A stretch of DNA of 64,000 bases from Candidatus Heimdallarchaeota archaeon (GCA_020353515.1 CP070695.1:1367637-1431636); one strand, 5' to 3'; numbered from the stretch's first letter, positions 27,968 through 38,769 are shown. The notes: generated by a model not told the origin, from the sequence alone. Translations and numbers: made by a program.

Positions 27968-28369
27968 TCAGCTTAGTATTTTATCATCATCGAGGTTTTG
28001 ATCCCAGCTACTATAAAGCAATTCTCGGAGGGAATGATAACGATCTATATGCTTTTTAATATTTAAAAGTTTTTTCGCTTTTTTCAAAGAACCACTGATA
28101 TTTTCTGAAAAGATAAGAAGAGGAACATTGTATCTCGAGTGAATAAAACAGATAGCAGCCCTAACACGGTAAACATAATTGTGTGCAGCTCTGAAAATTC
28201 CTCCCTGATTGCTTTGGTCAAAATAGGAGAGAAATAACCCAACTTCAGCAGCACCTTGTATTCCAAAAAGTCGCTTAACTTCAGAGGAAATCGTAAACCA
28301 AGCATCTTTTTCTTGGAGTTTTATAGGACTAATGAATCGAATATTGATATATCGAATACGTTCATCCAT
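27968..28369 (-). CDS. RNase P protein Pop5/Rpp14
   Basis: ERIRYI, RLFGIQG, ISGSLKKA; follows Rpp30 and rpl15e as in the conserved archaeal cluster. Confidence 0.8.
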   Translation of the reverse strand: MDERIRYINIRFISPIKLQEKDAWFTISSEVKRLFGIQGAAEVGLFLSYFDQSNQGGIFRAAHNYVYRVRAAICFIHSRYNVPLLIFSENISGSLKKAKKLLNIKKHIDRYHSLRELLYSSWDQNLDDDKILS

Positions 28370-28374
28370 TTGTT

Positions 28375-29130
28375 TTATTCCTCCTCGTCAAATCTATTCA
28401 ATTCGGATGTAAGTCTTGAAGAAATCCTAAATACACCTGGAGCGATATAATCAGGACTAGTTTTTAGTAAATTTCTTTCAAGAAGAAGTCTGGGAATAGT
28501 ACTAATAGAATTAAGAGATAATATTGAATTCTTTAATAGCATTTCACCCAACGATGCAAGTTCTCGCGGAGATCGCATTTGATCTGGTCTCGTACTTCCA
28601 GATGAGAAGAGAATCGGAACATTCTTACGAATGGCAATTTTCACTGCGGAACGAATCTGTCTTAAAGCAGGTATCTGTTGTCGTTCAGGAAGAGAGTATA
28701 ATTCACAGAGTTGAATCTCTAAACATTTTTCAAATTTAACCATAAGCTTTGCAATGGATCGGGTCATCAGTTTTCCAGTCTGGAATACTGGGAATTTTAA
28801 AATATCAACACGGTTATCCTGTGCCGCCCATGCAGTAAGATCAGGGCTTAAACATGTTACTGCAATTATCGGGATTTCTCGTCTTTTGTGGCTAAGTAAT
28901 GAAGTCATTTGTGTTTTAGATTCGTTGTTTAATCCAATATCCAACCGTTCGTGGATATTTATTAGAGAAGCAAAGGTAGATTGGGTCATTTGTACCTTTT
29001 TTTCTTTTGTTGGGTTGCTAATCCATATTTCTGTGAAACCCAGCTGGAAAGCAGTGCGGAGAAATGTCGAAAATTGGGATTCTTGGCTAGGAAGAAGCGA
29101 ATCCACGAAATTCCGAGGCATTATCTTCAC
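28375..29130 (-). CDS. RNase P protein Rpp30
   Basis: WAAQDNRVDIL, PILFSSG...MRSPREL. Confidence 0.82.
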   Translation of the reverse strand: MKIMPRNFVDSLLPSQESQFSTFLRTAFQLGFTEIWISNPTKEKKVQMTQSTFASLINIHERLDIGLNNESKTQMTSLLSHKRREIPIIAVTCLSPDLTAWAAQDNRVDILKFPVFQTGKLMTRSIAKLMVKFEKCLEIQLCELYSLPERQQIPALRQIRSAVKIAIRKNVPILFSSGSTRPDQMRSPRELASLGEMLLKNSILSLNSISTIPRLLLERNLLKTSPDYIAPGVFRISSRLTSELNRFDEEE

Positions 29131-29236
29131 TTCTAGAAATTTCTACAGCACTTTTTGCTTTCTACTTTAAAATGTAATTTGTCGTTTACTGAAAGGAGGG
29201 GAAATGTTTTCAAAGGAAAAAAGTAGGAAAAATTGA

Positions 29237-29803
29237 TCAACGATCATATGAAGGCCTGATGTGTTCTGCTCCCTTTCCTCGTCGGCGTAATCCCCGACTT
29301 TTCTGACCAGCTGAAGTTTTTCCACGAGTTACTCGAGCACGATTACTTCTATTACAAATCCAATTGATTTTCGGATCTGTTATGATTTCTGGGGCATGAG
29401 GATCAACTAAGATCACTTCAAACCATCGATGTCGTCCATCATTTAATACAGGGTAGCTATTCAACACCTCAAGATTTGGAAAACGACGCCAACACCGTTC
29501 TTCTGCAATCCATTGTCTAGATTTCTTGGGAGTGATACGCTTAACGCCCATTCGTTTTGAACGTCTTCCACTTTTGGGCCGTGATTTCCTACGTCCCCCT
29601 CGGGGAACACGAACTCTCGCCACAATATAACCCTTTTTACGACGATATCCGAGCGAACGAGCTCTGTCAATCCTTGTGGGGTTTTCAATTCGAATGATAG
29701 CTGGTTCTCGCCTCCATCTAACCAAACGTGAGATACGCAACTGTTTAAAATCTTGATTTCTTTCTTTCCAGAATTTAGACATATATTTATAAGCACTCGT
29801 CAA
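29237..29803 (-). CDS. rpl15e: 50S ribosomal protein L15e
   Basis: SAYKY, PTRIDRARSLGY, NLEVLNSY, FEVILVDP, RGKTSAG; TTG start at 29803 after AGGAGG. Confidence 0.95.
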   Translation of the reverse strand: MTSAYKYMSKFWKERNQDFKQLRISRLVRWRREPAIIRIENPTRIDRARSLGYRRKKGYIVARVRVPRGGRRKSRPKSGRRSKRMGVKRITPKKSRQWIAEERCWRRFPNLEVLNSYPVLNDGRHRWFEVILVDPHAPEIITDPKINWICNRSNRARVTRGKTSAGQKSRGLRRRGKGAEHIRPSYDR

Positions 29804-29980
29804 GATTACCTCCTTTAGGTTCTGCGGATATGAGTTTATCACTCACTCAGCAACATTCCAGCACGGAGATACTTGAGGAAGATGTTTTCAACTAGGTATA
29901 AAATGATTGTCAAAAGCTGTTTAATTCCTATTCTTGAAAAAAAAGATAAAGGAAACGTGTACAATCCTTTTGATTCGTGA

Positions 29981-30931
29981 TTAATTCCTAAAATAGGATT
30001 TTTCCACGATGAAATCAGGCGTGTGACCTTTTAAAGCCTTTTTAATCTGGTCAACAATAACGTGCCCAACTCGTTTTTGGGCTTCAGTAGTAGAGGCTCC
30101 AATGTGAGGGGAAACATAGATATTTTCAAGCTCAAACAGCTTGTTATTTCGTACAGGTTCGTCAGTAAACACATCGAGTGCTGCTCCTGCGATTTTGTTA
30201 TCCTTTAGGGCAACATAAAGGGCGTTTTCATCAACAATACCTCCTCGAGCACAGTTAATCAGGTAAGCTGTAGATTTCATGAGTTCCAATTCTCGTCGAC
30301 TAATCAAACCTTGAGTCTCTGCTTTTAATTTAGTATGAATTGTGACAAAATCCGATACTTGAAGTAGATAATCGAGATCATCAGTTCTTTCGACTCCCAT
30401 TCTTTCTGTGACTTCAGAAGGAGTGTTTGGGGAGTAAATCAGACATTTCATACCAAATACTTTTGCTCTTGTGATTACTTCAGAACCAATTTTACCACAT
30501 CCAATGCATCCAAGAATTTTGTCATGTAATTCTGTCCGCCTTAACCATTTTTTCGGATTCATATTGGACTTGGTTTCATTTGTTACATTGACTAGACGAC
30601 AACTAAGTGCAAGCATGTATGTTAACGTTAGTTCTGCAACCGAAATTACAGAAGATCGTGGCGCGTTCACAACTAAGATGCCTCGTTCTGTAGCTGCTTG
30701 GACATCAATGTTATCGACACCAATTCCTGCACGGCCAATTACTTTTAACTGGGTTCCTTTCTCGATGACCTCCCGAGGCAGCTTTGTGGCACTACGGACA
30801 ATAACCGCATGGTATTTCCCTATTTCTGTTAACAATTCCGCGGGGGAGTAGTGCTGGTTCGTTACCTCAAACTCTTTTTGTAATTCTGCTAAAGCAGCAG
30901 GGTCTAATGGATCATTTACTAAAACTTTCAA
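29981..30931 (-). CDS. D-3-phosphoglycerate/D-2-hydroxyacid dehydrogenase (SerA-like, no ACT domain), copy A
   Basis: VRSATK, GRAGIGVDNID, GCGKIG, INCARGG, PHIGAST. Confidence 0.9.
   Translation of the reverse strand: MKVLVNDPLDPAALAELQKEFEVTNQHYSPAELLTEIGKYHAVIVRSATKLPREVIEKGTQLKVIGRAGIGVDNIDVQAATERGILVVNAPRSSVISVAELTLTYMLALSCRLVNVTNETKSNMNPKKWLRRTELHDKILGCIGCGKIGSEVITRAKVFGMKCLIYSPNTPSEVTERMGVERTDDLDYLLQVSDFVTIHTKLKAETQGLISRRELELMKSTAYLINCARGGIVDENALYVALKDNKIAGAALDVFTDEPVRNNKLFELENIYVSPHIGASTTEAQKRVGHVIVDQIKKALKGHTPDFIVEKSYFRN
30820..30891 (-). repeat. 72-bp exact inverted repeat shared with 34144-34215
   Basis: Reverse complement is identical to TAGCAGAATTACAAAAAGAG...TTAACAGAAATAG in the second dehydrogenase gene. 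Confidence 0.9.
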
Positions 30932-31152
30932 GTTTTGTTCAGAATCAAAAATTGTAGTTCACCTCAATCTCTAATAATAATACTGTTCTAGCTCGCTTGA
31001 ACTAGAAATCTCACGCAATTAATCTGGAGGTGAAATCGTTATTAAGAACAGATTATCCTACGAATTCTCGAAATAGTTTTTGAGAACAAAAAGTTCAAAA
31101 AATAATAGAGGTTAATTAGTTTGCTGAATCAACAGATAATGACCAATTAGGT

Positions 31153-33627
31153 TTAAACGAACTTCTCTTTTTCTTTAGCGCGTCGTATTGAAAGTTCTAA
31201 CGCGCTTTTCAAGATTTTTAAAAAGGAAATTCCTTTAGCTGTAATTATGTAGTGTCGATACCGCCCATCATGAAGAACTTGTGGGGTTACATGGAAATCA
31301 AGGTAGTTAAGTTTTATCAGTTTTTTTAATTCATCAGAGAGAGTTGAGGTAGGGATATCTAGGGCTCGAGCCAGCGTAGTAAGGTTTGTATCCTCTGAAT
31401 ACTGGAAGGCGATTTCTATCAATGTTAGGATAGTTCTTCCTTTTAATTTTGTTTTTAATTCTCTACGATAATCATCTGGAAACCATGTAACCAAACTTGT
31501 GGGCATCGTTGGCTCTTCTAAAAGTGAAGTTACGACTGTTTCAGACATAATCGCGGTTTGTATGCTTTCCAGCCCAATAATCAGCTTATGATATATTGGT
31601 TTTAGAAATTCAATTTTATCTGATTGGAAAAATTCGATGAAACTTGGAGTTCTAAACTTTGTATTAATAAGGTAGTATCCTGCAGCTATGGCGCACAAAG
31701 AAAATATAAAAGCAAATATTATTTGAGTTGGAAAAAAATTTGGATCTTCTACCTTATTTTCAGTATTAACAATACTAAACATTCCATCGGAGATGTCTTC
31801 AGTTGTTAAAATTCCATAACAACTAGCAATGATTTTGAGTAGGCAAGTAGATTCATTAATTACATTACTACTTGTATTCCACATGAAATTGTTTTCAATA
31901 AGGTTAAAAGCTATTTGATTCCATAAATTACCACCATCAAATGAATAATACACTGAATAAGTAATTGAATGGTTGAATGAATCGAAAGACTGTAACCATT
32001 GAATATTGACTAGTCCATTGAGAGTTTCTCCACCATTAGGAAACTTTATTATTGGTTTTGAGAACCAATGAATTCGAGATGGATAGGGAAAAGCCAAAGG
32101 ATAGTAATCTTGATTATCTGAAGAACCATCAATAGAATATGGTTCATCAACGAAATTATCACTATTTATATCTGGCTCTATCCAGTCATTCCAGAAATTT
32201 TTTATGAAAGTATTATCTGATCCACTGTCACTAGCCTGAGATATCTCATTATCGTTATTAATAAAATTATTCTGGTCAATTATATTAAAACTCGACGAAG
32301 AATGAATTATTATACCAAAGTCAGAACTATTTAAGATAATATTACCAGTGATGAGATTACTACTAGAGTTTGTTATAGAAATTCCGTATAAATTTTGGTT
32401 GATAACATTTTCAGTAATACTATTATAATTTGCTTCCTCGAATAAGAATATACCAGCTTGTTTGTTTTTGAAGATGGTATTATTTATAATAAAATTTTGA
32501 TCCCATGAAGTTTCTATAGAGATTCCATTTATTCCATTATTAGATACATTATTGGATTTGATGGTATTGTTTCTCGATGGTAAGTAATTTCCTAGATCAA
32601 ATACTAAGGTAATACCAGATCCAGTGTTGTTGCAGACAATATTATTTGTAATGGTATTATCATTCGCTCCCTCAACAGTAATTCCATCTTGGAGATTATT
32701 GAAAACAAAATTCTCTGAAATCTTATTTTCATATGAGTACCTAACCGAAATTCCCCAGTTCTTATTTCTAAAGAAAGTGTTGCTAGTTATGGTATTATTA
32801 TAACAATAATTTTCTATGCAAATCCCGTGACTATTATTGGAAGCTATGTTATTAACAATTAAATTATTATGAGCTGAACTCCATAAAAAGATTCCGTGCC
32901 AATTTGAACTGATTAATGTATTATTGATGATCTCATTATCATAAGCTTCATAACTGATTAAGATTGCACTCCACTTGATAGAATTAAAAACCGTATTGTT
33001 AATAACTTGGTTTTTATAAGCTGATCTTGAAATTCCAATGCCAGCTGCATTATCGTATAACTTATTATTGATGATCGTGAGATCATTAGAAGAATATCTG
33101 ACAAAGATTCCGTAGCCATCATTATTGTAAATAGTATTTTTCGATATAATCCCATGAGTGACATTATCGAGATAAATACCACCCAAGGATTCATTCAAAC
33201 CATTTAATATATTGTTAGTAATGATGAACCAATCTATTGTATTTTTAATTTCAATTAAGTAACCCATTCTACTGGTGATATTTAATCCCTCAATTACGAA
33301 CGGGTTATTCAAGGTTCCTGATCCATTAAATCCTAGGGAGTTAAAATCACTATTCTCATCAATGATAATTGGGCTAGATGGTTTATATTGGTTTGAGATT
33401 AGTGGTTTATAGAATGAAGTGTGTCTTTGGAAAATAGGGTTATCGTTATTAGAAATATGTTCTTGATGGGTCAATCCCTTTTTGATGATATGCGAATCTG
33501 AATAATGAATGTCCACTTGTTCGAATGTATGCTGTGATTTAGAGACCTTTTCACAAGAAAAATTAAAGGTTATGGTAAGCACAATCAGGCCTACAGAAAT
33601 GAGTTTCCAAACCACTTTGACCATCAT
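31153..33627 (-). CDS. Cell-surface parallel beta-helix (NosD/CASH-like) protein with Ig-like domain, TM helix and cytoplasmic winged HTH
   Basis: Signal peptide; many N.I.NN..GI repeats; PNGGE beta-domain; TM IIFAFIFSLCAIAAGYYLI; C-terminal LTTLARALDIPTSTLSDELKKL..Y.IT.KG. Confidence 0.85.
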   Translation of the reverse strand: MMVKVVWKLISVGLIVLTITFNFSCEKVSKSQHTFEQVDIHYSDSHIIKKGLTHQEHISNNDNPIFQRHTSFYKPLISNQYKPSSPIIIDENSDFNSLGFNGSGTLNNPFVIEGLNITSRMGYLIEIKNTIDWFIITNNILNGLNESLGGIYLDNVTHGIISKNTIYNNDGYGIFVRYSSNDLTIINNKLYDNAAGIGISRSAYKNQVINNTVFNSIKWSAILISYEAYDNEIINNTLISSNWHGIFLWSSAHNNLIVNNIASNNSHGICIENYCYNNTITSNTFFRNKNWGISVRYSYENKISENFVFNNLQDGITVEGANDNTITNNIVCNNTGSGITLVFDLGNYLPSRNNTIKSNNVSNNGINGISIETSWDQNFIINNTIFKNKQAGIFLFEEANYNSITENVINQNLYGISITNSSSNLITGNIILNSSDFGIIIHSSSSFNIIDQNNFINNDNEISQASDSGSDNTFIKNFWNDWIEPDINSDNFVDEPYSIDGSSDNQDYYPLAFPYPSRIHWFSKPIIKFPNGGETLNGLVNIQWLQSFDSFNHSITYSVYYSFDGGNLWNQIAFNLIENNFMWNTSSNVINESTCLLKIIASCYGILTTEDISDGMFSIVNTENKVEDPNFFPTQIIFAFIFSLCAIAAGYYLINTKFRTPSFIEFFQSDKIEFLKPIYHKLIIGLESIQTAIMSETVVTSLLEEPTMPTSLVTWFPDDYRRELKTKLKGRTILTLIEIAFQYSEDTNLTTLARALDIPTSTLSDELKKLIKLNYLDFHVTPQVLHDGRYRHYIITAKGISFLKILKSALELSIRRAKEKEKFV

Positions 33628-34103
33628 CCATACTTTTTCAATTCTCTTTTCAATTTATCTTATAACAAATCAGGTTGAATAGGGATATAAGATTATTCAG
33701 TTTTTTATAAAATTTTTTATTTCTTAAATTCTTTATTTGTACCTCAAAGTATGAATTTAAAAGATCTTACTTTTCGCAGTTCTTTATATCCTGTCTCACA
33801 ATAATCCGTCAATTAAGTTAATGTATCTCTTCTTATGTTCTATATCAATTCTAAGAGCCGGAATTTAGAAATTTAGAGTATACACAGTAGGTTCCACACT
33901 TGATGGGTTGATGGTTTTGATTTGGTATATAAGAACTAAACTTCGTGCTATTCCAGATAAATATTCAAAAAACGGAAGTTTAATACTAGTCATTGTAAAT
34001 ATCCCTAATCACCATTATAGTCATTTGTGATATGTCGAATCTAATCTATAGAGACCTGAAGATTATCAAATGCCATTTTAGCATCGAGATGATAGGAAAA
34101 ATG

Positions 34104-35051
34104 ATGAAAATTCTTATAGCGGATTCAATCGCAGCTTCAGCAATAGCAGAATTACAAAAAGAGTTTGAGGTAACGAACCAGCACTACTCCCCCGCGGAAT
34201 TGTTAACAGAAATAGACAAATATCACGCAATCATCGTCCGTAGTGCCACAAAGCTGCCTCGGGAGGTCATTGAGAAAGGAACCCAGCTGAAAGTGATTGG
34301 TCGAGCTGGAATTGGTGTCGATAACATTGATGTCCAAGCAGCTACAGAGAAAGGGATATATGTTGTAAACTCCCCGCGTGCTTCTACAATATCTGTTGCG
34401 GAAATGACAATAGCATTTATTCTCGCTCTGAGTAGAAAAATTATCCAAGCTTCCAGTCGAACTAAAAGAGGTGAATGGCCAAAAAATCAGCTTATGGGGA
34501 TGGAATTATTTGACAAAACATTGGGTTTTGTTGGTTGTGGGCGTATAGGAGCCGAGGTTGTGAAAAGAGCGAAAGCTTTTGGGATGAAATGTCTGGTTTA
34601 TGACCCGTATCTTCCTGGTGAAGTTTTTCAGAAGATAGGAGCGGAAAAAACAGAAGATCTTAACCGAGTATTGCAGGATTCTGATTTTGTCACTATCCAC
34701 GCCTTGTTAACTGATGAAACTCGTGGTATGATTAGTAAGGAGGAATTGGATCAAATGAAGCCATCTGCATTCATCATAAATTGTGCACGGGGAGGCATTA
34801 TCGATGAAGAAGCCCTCTATAACGCGCTAAAGGAAAATAAGATAGCAGGCGCGGCTCTCGATGTCTTTGCTGTAGAACCAATGAAAAATAATAAATTGTT
34901 TGAGCTCGAAAATGTATATGTCTCTCCTCACATAAGCGCCTCAACAAAGGAAGCACAAGAAAGAGCAGGGCAAATAACAGCTCAACAGGTTAAATTAGTA
35001 CTGAATGGTCAAAAACCTGAATTCTCTGTTAATGCTAACCAGTTGGAATGA
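34104..35051 (+). CDS. D-3-phosphoglycerate dehydrogenase-like (SerA-like), copy B
   Basis: MKILIAD, VRSATK, GRAGIGVDNID, GCGRIG, INCARGG, PHISAST. Confidence 0.9.
   Translation: MKILIADSIAASAIAELQKEFEVTNQHYSPAELLTEIDKYHAIIVRSATKLPREVIEKGTQLKVIGRAGIGVDNIDVQAATEKGIYVVNSPRASTISVAEMTIAFILALSRKIIQASSRTKRGEWPKNQLMGMELFDKTLGFVGCGRIGAEVVKRAKAFGMKCLVYDPYLPGEVFQKIGAEKTEDLNRVLQDSDFVTIHALLTDETRGMISKEELDQMKPSAFIINCARGGIIDEEALYNALKENKIAGAALDVFAVEPMKNNKLFELENVYVSPHISASTKEAQERAGQITAQQVKLVLNGQKPEFSVNANQLE
34144..34215 (+). repeat. 72-bp exact inverted repeat shared with 30820-30891
   Basis: Direct sequence comparison. Confidence 0.9.
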
Positions 35052-35557
35052 AATTCGGAAGCATATCTATGGTTGACAGATCCACTAAAGAACCGAAAAA
35101 GAAATCACGGAAGAAATCCTCTTTAGAGACATTTGCGATAAATCAGAACATATCGGTTGATGAAATCCGAGAAAAATTTCCAGCGTTATACTCTGAGCTT
35201 ACCAATAAGAAGATGAGTATGAGGATAGATGAAGTTGAGGATGAATCAGAATCTCATTCATCAAGAGAGGATGAGAGACAATCTTTCGATCCTTTTAGTA
35301 ATTATGAACCCAATATTTTTGATTTTCTCGCAAGGGCACGAACCAATAAGGAAGGTCTAGATGTCGTTGACTTTTTATCTAAACAAGGTCAAATTTCAGC
35401 GAAAACCGCAAAAGAGCTAACCGAAAAAATCAAAACTTTAGGTATACGATGTTTTGGCCCTGAACGGCCTGCTGATTACTACTACAGAAAATCTGAAGAA
35501 ATTAGAACAAAGAAAATTATTCAAAAAAGGTATCCCTCTCATAAAGATGATGAATGA
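35048..35557 (+). CDS. DUF2095-like archaeal protein
   Basis: FPALYSEL..YEPNIFDFLARA.T..E...V.FL...G.IS...G.R.FG...YY. Confidence 0.7.
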   Translation: MKFGSISMVDRSTKEPKKKSRKKSSLETFAINQNISVDEIREKFPALYSELTNKKMSMRIDEVEDESESHSSREDERQSFDPFSNYEPNIFDFLARARTNKEGLDVVDFLSKQGQISAKTAKELTEKIKTLGIRCFGPERPADYYYRKSEEIRTKKIIQKRYPSHKDDE

Positions 35558-35567
35558 GACACTACTT

Positions 35568-36767
35568 TTAAGCAGCAGCTACTATCTTAACTACATCACC
35601 AAATTGGAGCTCGTGTTTTTCAGAAATCCGACGATTCGTACGAGCATCAATACCATGAATAAAGTTCTTAAAGAGATCCTGATGGATTAATCCAGCAAAT
35701 TCTTTAATTGTTGTCCCTTTTTTAACAAGAAATACATCAGGGAGAACTTTCCCTTCATTATCACTAAAATGACTCACATCGGCCACAGGATAAATTGGTT
35801 GCAGCTGTAAAACAGTAAAAACAGCTTTATTTAATGTTTCAAAAATACCAGTAGTTCTGTACGGCTTTAAAATCTCTGTTTGTATTTGAGTTACAATGGA
35901 TTCCTCTTTTGAGGAAAGATTCCCAATGAGATTCAAACGGCCACTGGCTGAGACATATTCTACTTTCTCTTGTTTAACAAGATTTCGGAGTACAATATCA
36001 GTGAGCGCCGAGGTAGGTACAATTATTTCTCCGAATTCATGTTTTAAACGTTCATAATTATCCTTTGAAGTAGGACGATCAATTTTGTTTGCTGCAATGA
36101 TTATTGGTTTTCCAATTTTGCGTATTTCGTGACATAGCTTTAATAAATCGTCTTCGGTCCAATTTTTTACTATAGAAGGGTCTAAATTGGCTGCATTTAT
36201 AGCTTTCATTATACTAATTCTTGAAATTTTCAATCCTGTCATTTTTTCGGTAATAAAATCGACAATGTTCCTTTTCTCTGTGTCTGCTTTCCGTACAGCG
36301 CGTTCCCAATCCTTTTTTAAGATTCCACGCATCCATGCAGCAATTTCATTCTCTAGAAACACTATATCTTTCGTTGGATCGTGAGTTCCAGGATCAACGG
36401 TTTCCCCTTCCTCATTCAGAGATCCTGAGATATCAACCACATGAATAAGAATATCAGCTTGAGCAAGATCGGATAAGAACTGATTTCCCATTCCTTTTCC
36501 TTCATGAGCTCCTGGAACCAATCCAGCTACATCAATTATCTTGATAGGTATTTTCCGAACTCTATCAATACATTCTGAATTTCGTGGATTACAAGTTACA
36601 TTAAGTTCTTGACAGATACATGGTGTGGTGACATACCCCACTCCTTGGTTTGCTTGAATTGTGGTAAAAGGATAATCAGCAGTCTTTGCTGATGTACCAC
36701 AGAGAGCATTTAGAAAAGTAGTTTTACCCGATGATGGTTTTCCAACAATGCCTATTAGAATAGACAT
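35568..36767 (-). CDS. ychF: YchF/OLA1-family Obg-like ATPase with TGS domain
   Basis: GKPSSGKTT, YPFTTI, DVAGLVPGAHEGKGMGNQFL, NKID and C-terminal TGS. Confidence 0.92.
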   Translation of the reverse strand: MSILIGIVGKPSSGKTTFLNALCGTSAKTADYPFTTIQANQGVGYVTTPCICQELNVTCNPRNSECIDRVRKIPIKIIDVAGLVPGAHEGKGMGNQFLSDLAQADILIHVVDISGSLNEEGETVDPGTHDPTKDIVFLENEIAAWMRGILKKDWERAVRKADTEKRNIVDFITEKMTGLKISRISIMKAINAANLDPSIVKNWTEDDLLKLCHEIRKIGKPIIIAANKIDRPTSKDNYERLKHEFGEIIVPTSALTDIVLRNLVKQEKVEYVSASGRLNLIGNLSSKEESIVTQIQTEILKPYRTTGIFETLNKAVFTVLQLQPIYPVADVSHFSDNEGKVLPDVFLVKKGTTIKEFAGLIHQDLFKNFIHGIDARTNRRISEKHELQFGDVVKIVAAA

Positions 36768-36973
36768 ATTCCAAACTCCAATAATCCGAATATTTCTTAT
36801 TTCAAGTATTGAAAATCTGTTTAACCTTAAAACTTGACACAGTGAATTATCATTTTAATATTTCTAATTATATTAAAAAATATCTTTCTATCATCTTTTG
36901 TCTAAACATGAAACTTTTTATTCTTTCAATAAAAGTTAAATTCAAGTAGTATTATCCGACCGTAGCTACATTT

Positions 36974-38722
36974 GTGTTTGAAATGAAAAGAATAGAATTT
37001 CCCGCTGAGCTGGCGATTTTTGCTGATCGCATTAGTGATCATTGGATCAATTTAATAACAACTGCTATTGTAAAAATTCAGGAGAAAGATTCTATTCCGA
37101 AGCTCGATGACTGGTATTTTGTTATTCGTAATCTTCTTGAAAAAGAAGAAAAACCTCCAAGCATACTTTGGGCTTTATGCTCGAAAATAGCCTGGATTCA
37201 GGCCGATATAGAATTTTTCATTAATAAATCCGATTTCCTAATCAAAGAAGCTGATACTCAATCTGATTCCCTATTACTTTCGTATACTGGAGCAGGAATA
37301 ACAGAGTTTGTCAATTCTGATCATGGCATCACAATTATTGGGAAGGGGTTTTCTCAATTAGAAGCTTCTAAAGATTGGCCTGCATTATTTGACGTTGTTA
37401 CGCCATATATGCTTTTACTAAGTAATTTAAATAGAATAACTACTCTTAAAGATGTCTACTCCACAATTAAGCGAATTTTTGAGGATGTTCTCGACTCTAA
37501 TTCGAATTATCAACACCTTTTTCTCCCCGCACAATCTTTTGCATTCAAAAAAAGCATCGAAGAAGCCCAAATTGATCTTTCAGACTCTATCAAAATAGTG
37601 GAGCAATCGCAACATCATCTGAATACAGGCCTCTTATACACTTTAGTGTCGCATAAAGAAGAAGGAGATGTTTTTAAGCGCCATTTAGAAGCCGCTATTC
37701 GAGAATATCAGCTAATCAATGCTAATAACCGCTTGATCATAGCCTATACAAATTTTGCATCTTATTATGCATCTAAGGCAAAACATGATGAGGCTTCTGA
37801 ATATTTATCTAAAGCTTTTTCCTTAACAGCATTACTGAGTAAAAAATTCGATGGTGGACTGTCTGTCTATCCATTAATTCAAAAAGCCTGGTTACTTGTT
37901 GAACAAGGTCAATTGCAAGAGGCAAAAAAAAGTTTTAAACTCGTTCTTGAGAAAGCTAAAACCTTTTGCTGCTCTCTTTACCAGATTAAAGTAGAATTTG
38001 GGCTTGCTTATGTTTTATTCCTTGAGTCACAGGATGATCTCGCGTTAACTCACGCAAAAACAGCTCTTTCAATTGTTGAGGAATCAGAATCAAAAGATCC
38101 CCAATTCCAAAATGATTTTCATCTGAAATATGCTGAATTGCTTATTGATCTGAATAAAGTGGATGAAATACCTAGTATTTTCGAGACTATAGATTCTAAT
38201 AATCTGAGGAGCTGTTCAAAAGCTTATTATCATTATATCAAAGGGAAATACGAGTTCCACATTCATAATATTGGTATTGCAAAGACTTCTCTGGAAGATG
38301 CAATGAAGTTTATAGATGATTGTCCTGATTTTCGATCAACTCTTCTTTACACTCAAGCTGAAATTTATCTGAATGAGTATAGGCTTTCTGAGGATCCTAA
38401 AGTACTTCTGGAAGCACAAAATATGATAAATGAAAGTTTAGAGAAGCTCAAAGGGGTTCCTGAGCGTACTAAAGGCCAATGTCTTTTAGCAATCATGCTT
38501 TCAGCTCAAGGACGGAATGAAGAAGCTGAAGAACTTCTTGAGACCCTTACAACTGATTCCTCGAAGTCTATCCCACGATTTCGAATCTTAGCAGAGAAGT
38601 TGTTGGATAATATTCATAAAAGCCGTGTTGGAAGTACACCTCTTTCTCCCATTACAAATATTAGAGATGCACTCAGATATCTTCGGGACGCAAAAACATT
38701 AATTGACTCTCAATCCCGATGA
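36974..38722 (+). CDS. TPR-like helical repeat protein
   Basis: Repeated TPR-like helices (AWLLVEQGQLQEAKKSF, AIMLSAQGRNEEAEELL). Confidence 0.7.
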   Translation: MFEMKRIEFPAELAIFADRISDHWINLITTAIVKIQEKDSIPKLDDWYFVIRNLLEKEEKPPSILWALCSKIAWIQADIEFFINKSDFLIKEADTQSDSLLLSYTGAGITEFVNSDHGITIIGKGFSQLEASKDWPALFDVVTPYMLLLSNLNRITTLKDVYSTIKRIFEDVLDSNSNYQHLFLPAQSFAFKKSIEEAQIDLSDSIKIVEQSQHHLNTGLLYTLVSHKEEGDVFKRHLEAAIREYQLINANNRLIIAYTNFASYYASKAKHDEASEYLSKAFSLTALLSKKFDGGLSVYPLIQKAWLLVEQGQLQEAKKSFKLVLEKAKTFCCSLYQIKVEFGLAYVLFLESQDDLALTHAKTALSIVEESESKDPQFQNDFHLKYAELLIDLNKVDEIPSIFETIDSNNLRSCSKAYYHYIKGKYEFHIHNIGIAKTSLEDAMKFIDDCPDFRSTLLYTQAEIYLNEYRLSEDPKVLLEAQNMINESLEKLKGVPERTKGQCLLAIMLSAQGRNEEAEELLETLTTDSSKSIPRFRILAEKLLDNIHKSRVGSTPLSPITNIRDALRYLRDAKTLIDSQSR

Positions 38723-38769
38723 TCCAAAGGTTTTAGATTCTTCCTCTCCCTCTATAAAGGTAATGATCC

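Noticed and set aside
32100-33300. Apparent AAT/ATT-rich DNA periodicity
   Set aside because: Explained by Asn/Ile-rich beta-helix protein repeats, not a nucleotide repeat array
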